In this document: positions 47,900 through 56,923 of the stretch, in pieces
Layout: each line of letters starts with the position of its first letter
How positions within the stretch are numbered: position 1 is the first letter of the stretch
From: a virus
Virus record (IMG/VR): IMGVR_UViG_3300029561_000002
Coordinates: 1-64,000 of that record
Reading direction: 5' to 3' (one strand)
DNA: 64,000 bases
The notes under the pieces: generated by a model
What the model saw: the letters and a program-made list of their open reading frames with translations, nothing else
What the model was told of the DNA's origin: nothing
Databases searched by the model: none
Position numbers and translations under genes: made by a program

Positions 47900-48109
47900 T
47901 TATGCTTCTATTGTTCGCCCGCGGCCGTCCATAAATACCTCCCCGGCGGGCCACTGGCAAAGCTTTGCCCGTCCCTCTTTTACAACACGCTCATTATAGC
48001 GCCCGGCGTGCTGAAGTGCTTTGTATGTGATTGTTTTAGCGGTTTTGTTCGTGATTTCGAATGTTAAACCGCTTTCATAGTATCTTTTTCCGATTTCAAA
48101 TTTTTTCAT
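47900..48109 (-). CDS. Hypothetical protein (69 aa)
   Basis: ORF track. AGGTAAAAGGA RBS region. Confidence 0.5.
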   Translation of the reverse strand: MKKFEIGKRYYESGLTFEITNKTAKTITYKALQHAGRYNERVVKEGRAKLCQWPAGEVFMDGRGRTIEA

Positions 48110-48185
48110 ATCCTTTTACCTCTTTTCATATTTTTTGAAATCCGGCGGTTGCGTTGGGGCTACGGCTTGACCGCCGCCGGAAAGG

Positions 48186-48425
48186 TTAGAACTTGCTCGG
48201 TTTTTCGTACCGGATAACCGGAACTACTTCACCGGATTCCAAAATCTGCAAGCCATTGTACATTGGGCCGTTAAGCCCCCGGAGCTTCGGCTGCCATTGC
48301 AGTTCTTCCCGGGTCTCTGGGCTGTAATACGTCCCGTAAATCAAGGCCCGCATTTCTTCCAGCGTCTTGATCTCTTCGGGGAGATCGTAAACACATTTTC
48401 CGACTGTTGATGTTCCAATTATCAT
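48186..48425 (-). CDS. Hypothetical protein (79 aa)
   Basis: AAGGAGG RBS. ATGA overlap with the upstream ORF. Confidence 0.5.
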   Translation of the reverse strand: MIIGTSTVGKCVYDLPEEIKTLEEMRALIYGTYYSPETREELQWQPKLRGLNGPMYNGLQILESGEVVPVIRYEKPSKF

Positions 48426-48586
48426 ACTGTTTTCCTCCTTATGACTACTGACATAGCAGCTAATAACATTTCGTGGACTTTGCTTTCCTCTCTGAATGTG
48501 TATTTATCTTTGCCTGTCGCTTTCATCCAGATGATTGAATAAAAGCAATTGATACTTGATAAAGCTTTAAGGATAGTGTCTTTCAT
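48422..48586 (-). CDS. Small hypothetical protein (54 aa), first gene of the minus-strand operon
   Basis: GAGAGGGAAT RBS before the ATG at 48586. Confidence 0.4.
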   Translation of the reverse strand: MKDTILKALSSINCFYSIIWMKATGKDKYTFREESKVHEMLLAAMSVVIRRKTV

Positions 48587-48665
48587 TTTATTCCCTCTCT
48601 TTCTCCCGGATCAGCGTCCGGGGTGAATGTTTTTTGTTTTCCTTTGATGGTTATATAATACTATA

Positions 48666-48783
48666 ATTAAGCACTAATATCAATTGACAAAATGCACAAA
48701 TTAAGCACTAATTATTTATGGCAAATTGTACATTATGATTAAGCACTAAAATTATTGACAATTAAGCACACGCATATTATAAT
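48666..48783. promoter_or_regulatory. Divergent control region with four ATTAAGCAC boxes and a consensus promoter
   Basis: Boxes at 48666, 48700, 48738 and 48761. TTGACA (48755-60), 17 nt spacer, TATAAT (48778-83); the box fills the spacer directly after the -35. Confidence 0.6.
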
Positions 48784-48808
48784 GAAGAAAAATAAAGGAG
48801 GAATAAAC

Positions 48809-49012
48809 ATGGCAGAATTAACAGCAGAAGAAAAAGCAATAAAGAATCGAGAAGCAGTAAAGAAATGTATGAAAAATAAGGACAGAATAAATGTGATCTT
48901 ACCACAGGGAACGCTTGACAGAATAAACGCATATGGATTAAAAACAAACGCGTTCGCGAGGGAATTAATTCTTGCAGAACTTGATAAAATGGATAGAATG
49001 AAAAAAATGTAA
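48809..49012 (+). CDS. Ribbon-helix-helix (CopG/Arc-like) regulator
   Basis: AAAGGAGG RBS. RINVILPQGTLDRINAYGLKTNAFARELILAEL fits a beta-strand plus two helices. Confidence 0.6.
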   Translation: MAELTAEEKAIKNREAVKKCMKNKDRINVILPQGTLDRINAYGLKTNAFARELILAELDKMDRMKKM

Positions 49013-49059
49013 ATTAAGCACAAATTACTATTGACAATTAAGCACTAATGGTATATACT
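49013..49059 (+). promoter_or_regulatory. Second consensus-like promoter with two ATTAAGCAC boxes
   Basis: Boxes at 49013 and 49037. TTGACA (49031-36), 17 nt spacer, TATACT (49054-59). Confidence 0.55.
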
Positions 49060-49085
49060 GTAACCATAGAAAGGAAGTGGTTACA

Positions 49086-49583
49086 GTGGAAACAGAGCAA
49101 TTTAGGATTAATGAAAATTCTGATTTCCCGGGTGTCTATATAATTGTAAATATGGACAATCAAAAAGTATATATTGGCTCAACCAGAAATATACGCAAAA
49201 GATTGAAAACACATTTATATAGTCTAAAAAAAGGGAAACATTCGTCAAGTACTTTTCAAAAAGATTTTGATAGTGGTAATTCATTTATTGCGTATCCTTT
49301 AACCCGGGTTGAGCTATTGCCAAAGTATTTAAAGGACCATAATTTAAGGTATTTTGAATATATGGCGATTAAAATGTTTGATTCTACGAATCCAGAAAAA
49401 GGATACAATAAAGTAAATCGCAAAGCAGAATCATACGAATTAGGAAATATAAAGCAAGCGAATTCTTTATTTAACGAGTTCTTTGAAGTGAAAGAAAAAT
49501 ACAAAACGAGAACAGACTTGGAATATTATAAAGAATATTACAAAGAAGAATTAGAATTCTTTTTAAAACAAAGCATGAGTTAA
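49086..49583 (+). CDS. GIY-YIG homing-endonuclease-like protein (I-TevI type N-terminus)
   Basis: PGVYIIVNMDNQKVYIGSTRNIRKRLKTHLYSLKKGKHSS..FQKDF...YFEYMAIKMF..GYNK. Start is 49077 or 49086. Confidence 0.8.
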   Translation: METEQFRINENSDFPGVYIIVNMDNQKVYIGSTRNIRKRLKTHLYSLKKGKHSSSTFQKDFDSGNSFIAYPLTRVELLPKYLKDHNLRYFEYMAIKMFDSTNPEKGYNKVNRKAESYELGNIKQANSLFNEFFEVKEKYKTRTDLEYYKEYYKEELEFFLKQSMS

Positions 49584-49628
49584 AGCACATCAAATAGCCC
49601 CCCAGGCGGGGCGGATCAGGAGGGAAAA

Positions 49629-50048
49629 ATGCGAAAATATGATTTAGTAAAAAGAACAGCGAAATTTAACTACAAAAACAGAAGGAATATTGAAGAAGGA
49701 TGCACAGCGTTAGATCCTTCCCCTGAATACATAAAAACTTTTGCCAGTTTGGCAGAAGCGAAAAAAGAACTTGCAAAGCATAAGACAGCTATTAGCAAGT
49801 TTAAATCTGGGATGACGTTTTATGAGGTTACGGAATATGTAATCGAGGAAAACGAGTTTGAGTATGACGAGGATGAAAAAAAGCTCGTGCAGACGGACTT
49901 TATAGACACGTTAGAAATAACTCCAATGAAAATTGAAGTTGTCGAGATTCCGAGTTATGAAACAATCGCGATTTGTTCCAGTCTGGAAGAAGCAGAAGAA
50001 GCCGCGGACAATTACGATGGCGAAGGCGAAACTTATATTATGATTTAA
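49629..50048 (+). CDS. Hypothetical acidic protein
   Basis: CAGGAGGG RBS. Confidence 0.5.
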   Translation: MRKYDLVKRTAKFNYKNRRNIEEGCTALDPSPEYIKTFASLAEAKKELAKHKTAISKFKSGMTFYEVTEYVIEENEFEYDEDEKKLVQTDFIDTLEITPMKIEVVEIPSYETIAICSSLEEAEEAADNYDGEGETYIMI

Positions 50049-50102
50049 TAATAAATAAAGCCCCTGAAAAATCTCCATGCAGGGGGCGGACAGGAGGGGA
50101 AA

Positions 50103-50348
50103 ATGAAGATTTATAAAATTGAAAGTGCAGCCACCCACATAAACCGGGTGACCGGCAAAGTGGTACCGGATGAAATGGTAACATTCACACCAGCGCATAA
50201 ACTCGTTGCACAAGATGGCAAATACATATATCTTGCGGACGGATTTACGTATTGCGATGGCGTCCCGGTTGCGGAACGTTACGCAAAAGAAGCTTATAGA
50301 TTTTTTGATCCCAACAACAACGAGATCGAATTTGAAACTTGGAAATAA
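50103..50348 (+). CDS. Hypothetical protein
   Basis: CAGGAGGGG RBS, preceded by a hairpin. Confidence 0.5.
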   Translation: MKIYKIESAATHINRVTGKVVPDEMVTFTPAHKLVAQDGKYIYLADGFTYCDGVPVAERYAKEAYRFFDPNNNEIEFETWK

Positions 50349-50363
50349 AAGGAGGAAAGAAGA

Positions 50364-50780
50364 ATGAGAAAATTGGCAGAAGCAGATTTGAATATCGTCG
50401 CAGCATACATGGACGATGACATCAGAGAACAAGTAGCCAGCGAACTTGCACCATGTGAGCCGGGAGAATTTCTGGCAAGGTACTGCGAACTGGTACCGGA
50501 ATTTGAGGATTTGTTAGAAGATGAGTTCTCGATTGAACTAGAAAATGGTGAATTTTTCAAAGTCAATGAAGACGAGGAAAATTTCACTGAAGAAGAGAGA
50601 GCTGATATAGAAAAACATCAGCTCGTAAAAAAATCCGCTAAATGCGGAACTTTAACAGAAACATTTGCCCGGAATTATGCAAGGGTTCCGGAGAAATTAA
50701 TAAAAAAGCTCACGCCGGAAGAACTCGGGGAGCTTGTGGACGCTTTCTACAAATGTTACGAGGACGGAAAGAGGGCATGA
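50364..50780 (+). CDS. Hypothetical acidic protein
   Basis: AAAGGAGG RBS. Confidence 0.5.
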   Translation: MRKLAEADLNIVAAYMDDDIREQVASELAPCEPGEFLARYCELVPEFEDLLEDEFSIELENGEFFKVNEDEENFTEEERADIEKHQLVKKSAKCGTLTETFARNYARVPEKLIKKLTPEELGELVDAFYKCYEDGKRA

Positions 50781-51716
50781 AAAAAGGCCAGACCCGAAAG
50801 CCTAGCCTAATTTCTTTTAGTTATAACCAAAACTATTATTTCAATCCGTGAGCCGGCGGTATCGCTACCGACTCCGCTGTAAAAGCATCCATTTACAGCG
50901 ACTAATAAGAGTATAATATACTATTAACTAAAAAGCAAGAGAAAAATGGAAATTATGTAAAATATGCGATGACTGAATTTTAACAAAAAAGCCCTTGGAT
51001 AATCTCCAGGGGCTTAAACTCTTTTTTTTGTGGCGGCTAACGAGGGGAGAACAGACCCGCCGCCAAAGCCTGTTAAATTATTCATAGCACACAAATGTTT
51101 GCTTTGTCAAGAAAAATATTTTTTTACTTTTGGCTTGACAGGTTTTTATAAAATGTGCTATCGTGTCACTAACGAGGAACTCAGGAGGGGCGAGCTAATC
51201 GAAAAATAATAAAAATCATTCAGCCAGGTAACCGGATCAGACGCCGGAAGCCTGGTTTTTTTCTGTGCCAAAACGCCCCTATAATTATATTATATATATA
51301 ATCCCCTATTAATTAACTCTATACAGTGCTGTATTATAAAATCTTTTAAGCCCCTCCTAGATTCTGAGTTTATTAATATATGCCTAAATACACTATATTA
51401 TAATATATATAGCTCTATAACGCTGTATATTGAGTTATAACGGATTATTTTATTAATAGGTCTTTTATTTATACCTTGAGCAATAAAAATAAATTTATGC
51501 TTGCATTAATGGCTTATATGTGCTATTGTAATTGACAGATAAGCAAATACATTTATGATTTTTAAAACAAAGGACGATAAAAACTGAAAAGCATTTACGG
51601 GAACTTCCGGCGCTGGTTATAGCTGCTGGGCGTGTTTTTCGATTGCTGACCGGTTTGTTATCGTCCTTTTTATTTTACTAAATTAACAGATTAACGTTGT
51701 AAAGTGAGGTGATACA

Positions 51717-52310
51717 GTGAAAGATAATACTATCAAAACGGAAAAGGAAACAGAAGTATATTTAAGCAATATTAATATATATGCTGATGAATATATTAAT
51801 ACAGTGTTATGTGTATCACCTGATAGTGAGAATTACAGAAAAGAAGTAGCTGATAGTTTTGTTGATATGATATTTTATATTGCTGATCACATACAGAAAC
51901 CTAGTAACGACGATATAGAATTATTAGATCATATGTTTAGTGTGTTTGTAAGATTATGCAGTAAGTATCATGTACTACCAACTCTGGAAGTATTTAGTTT
52001 TCTAGTAGGGATTAACCGCTCAACGTTTAGTGACTGGATGCGTGGGGACTATAGAACCGCCACAGCGCATAGCAACACGGTGAAAAAATGGTTCGATATT
52101 TGCAAAAACTGCACGCTTAATAGATTGCATAACCAGCCCGGAACAAATGCAAACCTGATCTTCGTTGCGAAAGCTGCATACGGCATGGCAGAGACAACAC
52201 CAGTCCAGGCGGATCATGTGCAAGGTATCCCGCAGCAGTCGGCACAGCAGATTGCGGACAAGTACAAGGATGCGCTGGAGCTACCGGAGATGGAGCGGCC
52301 GAAACTGTGA
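51717..52310 (+). CDS. Putative terminase small subunit (HTH)
   Basis: LPTLEVFSFLVGINRSTFSDWMRG resembles the TerS HTH. GTG start after GAGGTGA. Preceded by a repeat-rich non-coding region. Confidence 0.4.
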   Translation: MKDNTIKTEKETEVYLSNINIYADEYINTVLCVSPDSENYRKEVADSFVDMIFYIADHIQKPSNDDIELLDHMFSVFVRLCSKYHVLPTLEVFSFLVGINRSTFSDWMRGDYRTATAHSNTVKKWFDICKNCTLNRLHNQPGTNANLIFVAKAAYGMAETTPVQADHVQGIPQQSAQQIADKYKDALELPEMERPKL

Positions 52311-52739
52311 ACACGAAAGCAACCAAAACACAATATATTGTATAAAACAAGATGTAAACACAATATATAGCTTGTCGCCATGTATAAATAGGGTGTACTT
52401 AAAATGTACAATGAACAATGCGAGAAAATTTGTGCAATATGACGAACGAAAAGCGGTGTTAACATCCTCTGACTACTGCCGAAGGCCGAACAATAACAGC
52501 GTGATCCGGTGCAGCGGGTCCCATGGGGCGGCGGGCTGACCGGATAGCGTACGGGGAAGACGGGGACCCCCTTGGAGGAAAAACTACCAGGAGCCGGGTG
52601 AGCCCCCAAAGCAAACAAAATAACAAAAAGGCCCTTTTCACATGGCAGAGATAGTGATTGCAACACGACAAGCCGTAAGCCTTAACGGTTTCTCTGCCAA
52701 CACAAAATAAGGCAATACCAAGAAAGGCAGGTATGAAGA

Positions 52740-53483
52740 ATGAATGAAATGATGATTTTTAGCAATCCAGAATTTGGAAACGTAAGAACAGTGACGATAG
52801 ACGGAAATCCTTGGTTCGTTGGAAACGATGTAGCAAAAGCATTAGGATACGTAAAAGAACGAAACGCCATTGCTAATCATGTCGATAAAGAGGACGCCCT
52901 GAAATGCAGCCTCCCTTCAAACAGCGGAGTACAGGAAACAATCGTGATAAATGAGAGCGGTTTGTTTTCACTTATACTATCAAGCAAACTCGATTCTGCA
53001 AAAAGATTTAAACATTGGGTAACTGCAGAAGTCCTTCCTTCTATCCGTAAAACCGGAAAGTATGAAGTTGGTCAGAAACAAGATTCTTACCAGATAGCTG
53101 ATCCGATAGAGCGAGCTAAAAGATGGATTGAAGAACAGCAGGAAAAGCAGTTACTTGAACAGAAAGTGCAGGAGCAGAAGCCCAAAGCGGAGTACTTCGA
53201 TTCTCTTGTAGACAATAGACTGCTCACAACATTTCGGGACGCTGCGAAAGAATTTCACATGCCACCCAAGACGCTTACGAAATGGCTGGCAGATAACGGG
53301 TATATTTATCGAGACCGGCACAATATCATAAAACCATACGAACAGCATCGAAAGTCAGGACTTTTCCAGATGAAAGATTTTTCAACGCCTTATGGGTATT
53401 CGAATGTTCAAACATATATCACTGTAAAAGGCAAGGAAACATTTCGACTGTTACTTCGGGGACAGGGACTGATTAGGGCATAA
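52740..53483 (+). CDS. Antirepressor (Bro-N domain + KilAC-like C-terminus)
   Basis: FSNPEFGNVRTVTIDGNPWFVGNDVAKALGY...AIANHV is Bro-N-like. The C-terminus contains an HTH, TFRDAAKEFHMPPKTLTKWL. Confidence 0.7.
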   Translation: MNEMMIFSNPEFGNVRTVTIDGNPWFVGNDVAKALGYVKERNAIANHVDKEDALKCSLPSNSGVQETIVINESGLFSLILSSKLDSAKRFKHWVTAEVLPSIRKTGKYEVGQKQDSYQIADPIERAKRWIEEQQEKQLLEQKVQEQKPKAEYFDSLVDNRLLTTFRDAAKEFHMPPKTLTKWLADNGYIYRDRHNIIKPYEQHRKSGLFQMKDFSTPYGYSNVQTYITVKGKETFRLLLRGQGLIRA

Positions 53484-53496
53484 AAAAAGAGAACCA

Positions 53497-53730
53497 TTAC
53501 GGTTCCCTTTTGAGATCATCAGTGGTCAGTTTGATTGACACATCTGGTTTTGGCTCAATTATCAATTGACATTCCAGAAAATCAAGAATCTGAATTAGTT
53601 CATCTGCGGATATGCTTCCCCTTGAAAATTTATTTGCAAGTGATTGCGGGAGCATCCCAAGGTGCTGAGCTAATTGAACACTGGTTACTTTTTTCATCTT
53701 CATTATTTGCTTTATCTTATCAGAAACCAT
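53497..53730 (-). CDS. XRE-family HTH regulator
   Basis: KKVTSVQLAQHLGMLPQSLANKFSRG. AGGAGG RBS. Minus-strand promoter TTGACT, 17 nt spacer, TATGAT. Confidence 0.65.
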   Translation of the reverse strand: MVSDKIKQIMKMKKVTSVQLAQHLGMLPQSLANKFSRGSISADELIQILDFLECQLIIEPKPDVSIKLTTDDLKREP

Positions 53731-53812
53731 ATAAATACCTCCTATTGACATTATCATAATCAAAAACGTTTCAATAGTCAATAAAAAATACTCATAAATG
53801 TGTACGAACTAC

Positions 53813-53841
53813 TTGCAAACATAATCAATTAGATGTATAAT
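53813..53841 (+). promoter_or_regulatory. Promoter of the resolvase gene
   Basis: TTGCAA (53813-18), 17 nt spacer, TATAAT (53836-41). Flanked by two ACTCATAAAT direct repeats. Confidence 0.5.
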
Positions 53842-53871
53842 TAACTCATAAATAAACGGGAGGGATTATAT

Positions 53872-54456
53872 ATGAAGATAGGATATGCGAGAGTATCAAC
53901 AGTAGAACAGAACGAAGCGAGACAGATGGAAGCATTGAGAGAAGAAGGCGTTGATAAAATTTATATGGACAAGAAGTCCGGAAAGGATTTCAACCGTCCT
54001 GAATATCAGAAGATGATCGCTTCCCTTCAAAAAGGTGACGTACTGGTGATCCATTCCATTGATCGACTTGGAAGGAATTACGAAGAAATTATAGCTGAGT
54101 GGAGAAAAATTACAAAAGAGATTGAAGCAGATATCGTTGTCCAGGACATGCCATTACTTAACACCACGCAAAACAAAGATTTAACCGGAACTCTGATTGC
54201 TGATATCGTATTGCAGCTTCTTTCATACGTAGCTCAGAGAGAGCGTGAAAATATTCGCCAGAGACAGAAAGAAGGAATTGCGATTGCGAAAGCTCAAGGG
54301 AAATATAAAGGACGAGCAAAAAAAGAGGTAGACAAAGAACTCTTCGAGAAAACAAAGCAAAGATGGCAGGCTGGGGAAATTACCAAAGTTCAGTTTGCCG
54401 AAATTGTGGGAGTGTCAAGAGGAACACTATATAAAATGTTGGGAGGGGAACAGTAA
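53872..54456 (+). CDS. Small serine recombinase (resolvase/invertase family)
   Basis: MKIGYARVSTVEQNEARQ..., SIDRLGRN, and C-terminal HTH FAEIVGVSRGTLYKML. Confidence 0.85.
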   Translation: MKIGYARVSTVEQNEARQMEALREEGVDKIYMDKKSGKDFNRPEYQKMIASLQKGDVLVIHSIDRLGRNYEEIIAEWRKITKEIEADIVVQDMPLLNTTQNKDLTGTLIADIVLQLLSYVAQRERENIRQRQKEGIAIAKAQGKYKGRAKKEVDKELFEKTKQRWQAGEITKVQFAEIVGVSRGTLYKMLGGEQ

Positions 54457-54923
54457 TGATAGACTTTACAAATAAGTGTGTTATCACAGAAAGCGATGTT
54501 GAATCAGCGAAGCTTCTTAAGATGGCAATTTCTCAAGGTTTTGCGCTTCCGAAAGGCGAAAAAGTAATGGAATCATGCAGATTTTTCCGCTTTATCGGAA
54601 GTCCGTATAAAAGCGTGATTGCGCTGTCAGCAGTAACACAGGAAATGTATGATCGAGCTATATTGTACTCACATTTATTCGGGAATGAGCTGGAAGAACT
54701 AATGAAAATTTCTGATCTGGCTGCCAGGTGGTGCCGTACATATGGATACAATCATCTCAGTGTATACGCTAATGAAGAAGCTGACATATACACTGGGCGC
54801 GGGATTGCCAAAAACAAAGATGGTGCGGTGCAAGATTTGAAAATCAAATTAAATAAGCCACGTAAAATAACGGTAGCTGAGCTTGAAGAAAAATTAGGCT
54901 ATCCGGTAGAAATAGTAAGTTAA
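54456..54923 (+). CDS. Hypothetical protein
   Basis: ORF track; start overlaps the previous stop codon. Confidence 0.45.
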   Translation: MIDFTNKCVITESDVESAKLLKMAISQGFALPKGEKVMESCRFFRFIGSPYKSVIALSAVTQEMYDRAILYSHLFGNELEELMKISDLAARWCRTYGYNHLSVYANEEADIYTGRGIAKNKDGAVQDLKIKLNKPRKITVAELEEKLGYPVEIVS

Positions 54924-54934
54924 GGATACTGCTT

Positions 54935-55084
54935 ATGAAAAAGAGTAATATTCAAGGCGAATCCATTCGTATCCGGTTGCCGTACCAATTGGAGCAAAGG
55001 CTTATAGCCGAAAAGAACCGAACCAGCAAAAGCGTGTCACAGATCACCCGTGAAGCCTTGACACAGTATTTTCGGAAAAGGTAG
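54935..55084 (+). CDS. Small RHH-like protein (49 aa)
   Basis: ESIRIRLPYQLEQRLIAEKNRTSKSVSQITREALTQYF fits a ribbon-helix-helix. Confidence 0.4.
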   Translation: MKKSNIQGESIRIRLPYQLEQRLIAEKNRTSKSVSQITREALTQYFRKR

Positions 55085-55091
55085 GTAAAAG

Positions 55092-55532
55092 ATGATGCTT
55101 GAAAAAAATTTTAAAAATAAAAAAGGGCTTTCTGGAAAACTGGAGACACATCCACTTGAAAAACCTTTACTGCACGACAAAGCGTATGAATATCATCACA
55201 AGAAAGCCGTTCTGGAAGATGGAAAACTGTATGATACGGAATCGGCGAAAAAGGTTTTTACGGACGAAGCAAGTTTAGAATATATCGCACTCGGAAGAGT
55301 AACGCAAATAGTTTACTTCTTAACCCCGAACGGAAACTGGTTTTCGGCCAAAGAAAAAATCGAGACTGAAAGCGGAATCACTGATGTCGGCGAATATCGC
55401 ATACAGGTCACAAAAATCATTTACACATACAGTGATCTTCGGATAGAGCAAAAATACAAGGTTAAATACCTGATTGGAAGAAATGACTATGAGTTATACA
55501 AAGAATATTTTGGAGAGGTAAAAGAGGCATGA
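55092..55532 (+). CDS. Hypothetical protein
   Basis: ORF track. Confidence 0.45.
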   Translation: MMLEKNFKNKKGLSGKLETHPLEKPLLHDKAYEYHHKKAVLEDGKLYDTESAKKVFTDEASLEYIALGRVTQIVYFLTPNGNWFSAKEKIETESGITDVGEYRIQVTKIIYTYSDLRIEQKYKVKYLIGRNDYELYKEYFGEVKEA

Positions 55533-55792
55533 ATAAAGAAAAAGGAATATATGAACTGTTACCGTCAGAGCCAGTTGATGTAGCAGCTATGTTGATAAAA
55601 GCAACGATTGTTACGGACGCACCGGTATTCGCACCACTATCTCCGATGCTTAAAGGTAAATTGGTTGCGATTCCAAAATACGACCCGGTTCAGCTTCAGG
55701 AAATCGCAGAGCATCTTCTGGTGTACTGCAATGCACAGGAAAGGGGATACGAAAATGTCTGTTGTGAAGATTGTAAATCCGAATCCGTATGA
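55529..55792 (+). CDS. Hypothetical protein
   Basis: ORF track; ATGA coupling. Confidence 0.4.
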   Translation: MNKEKGIYELLPSEPVDVAAMLIKATIVTDAPVFAPLSPMLKGKLVAIPKYDPVQLQEIAEHLLVYCNAQERGYENVCCEDCKSESV

Positions 55793-56138
55793 CTGGATGG
55801 GGACGCAGTGCTTTATTGACGGACATAAAGTACCGAGAGTAAAATCAGTTGATTTTCATGTTTCGGTCGATGAAGTACCGACGTTTAACTTTGAAATGAT
55901 GGGAGCACCGGATATTGAACTGGAGTGTCTAGCACAGATTAGTGTTAGTTCTCAATCAATTACTGATGCAATTTCGGTTTTAAGGCACGAACTACTTCAA
56001 CATGGAGAAATATACCAAGGCTTCAAATCAAGCCTGAAATCGGCTCTGGAAATCTATTCTACATGTGGGCTTCCATTTGAGCCTGAAGAAGAGACAGCAG
56101 AAAAGATTCTTGATTTCATGATTGGAGAAGAACGATGA
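55755..56138 (+). CDS. Hypothetical protein
   Basis: Internal ATG of ORF 55608..56138, preceded by AGGGGA. Confidence 0.4.
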   Translation: MSVVKIVNPNPYDWMGTQCFIDGHKVPRVKSVDFHVSVDEVPTFNFEMMGAPDIELECLAQISVSSQSITDAISVLRHELLQHGEIYQGFKSSLKSALEIYSTCGLPFEPEEETAEKILDFMIGEER

Positions 56139-56305
56139 GAACGATATTTACGATAATAGCACTTGCCATCAATGTTCTGATGTTTGTTTCGGCAAGTTCT
56201 GAGATCGTGACAAATAACAACAAAGACAAATGGGAATCTACCGCTTGTTCGATGATTCTTGTTGGAACCGGAATAAGCGTGATTTTATTTTTGACATCCC
56301 TGTGA
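56135..56305 (+). CDS. Small membrane protein (56 aa, 2 TM)
   Basis: ATGA coupling. Sequence MRTIFTIIALAINVLMFV...ILVGTGISVILFL. Confidence 0.35.
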   Translation: MRTIFTIIALAINVLMFVSASSEIVTNNNKDKWESTACSMILVGTGISVILFLTSL

Positions 56306-56620
56306 GGTGAAATAAATGTTACTGGCATTTCCGATGGTTTTACTTCCGCTGATATTGGTAGAGCGGATTAAAATAATAAAAACAAAGGTACAGCCCTCGC
56401 CGTGTGGACTTGGAGGAACGTTCATCACGGACAGGACGAGGCATGAAATCCCTAGATAGCCTGTATCGGTACGGATTTATAATAATGAAATAGATATCCA
56501 AAACCAAATTTCCTCCAAATGAGTTACGACTGATACAGGCGTTCCAGGAAAAACATAAATATAGCAATGGTGTTTTTGAAATATATCACGTGCGGCAGGG
56601 TTGAGCGACTGCCGCAACAT

Positions 56621-56692
56621 AGCGCATTGGCGAAGTGGCAACGCATCGGACTTTGACTCCGCTATTCGTGGGTTCGAATCCCACATGCGCCG
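56621..56692 (+). tRNA. tRNA-Gln (anticodon TTG)
   Basis: Hand-folded cloverleaf. Acceptor AGCGCAT/ATGCGCC (A1.C72 mismatch), anticodon loop CT-TTG-AC, T arm GTGGG-TTCGAAT-CCCAC. Confidence 0.7.
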
Positions 56693-56923
56693 CTCTGCAT
56701 CGGATTTCGCCTTTCCTCTGATGCAGGTTGGATTTTCTTTTTCCCTTTGCCACCTATCACAACGGTGATGATTAAAGGAACTGTCAAATGTTCCGGGTGG
56801 CTTTGCCTTAGTTGGCAAGATTAATTTCTTCTATGGTTTACCTTTGTTGCAGCTGGCGGTCAAGAACTGCAACAGTAGTAAAAAGACAGATATCGCAGCG
56901 ACCCTGTATCTTTTTGCTACTCA

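Noticed and set aside
52165-52671. ORFs 52165..52539(+), 52214..52666(-) and 52459..52671(-)
   Set aside because: The peptides are Arg/Ser/Cys-rich and typical of GC-rich non-coding sequence. None has an RBS, and the ORFs overlap one another.
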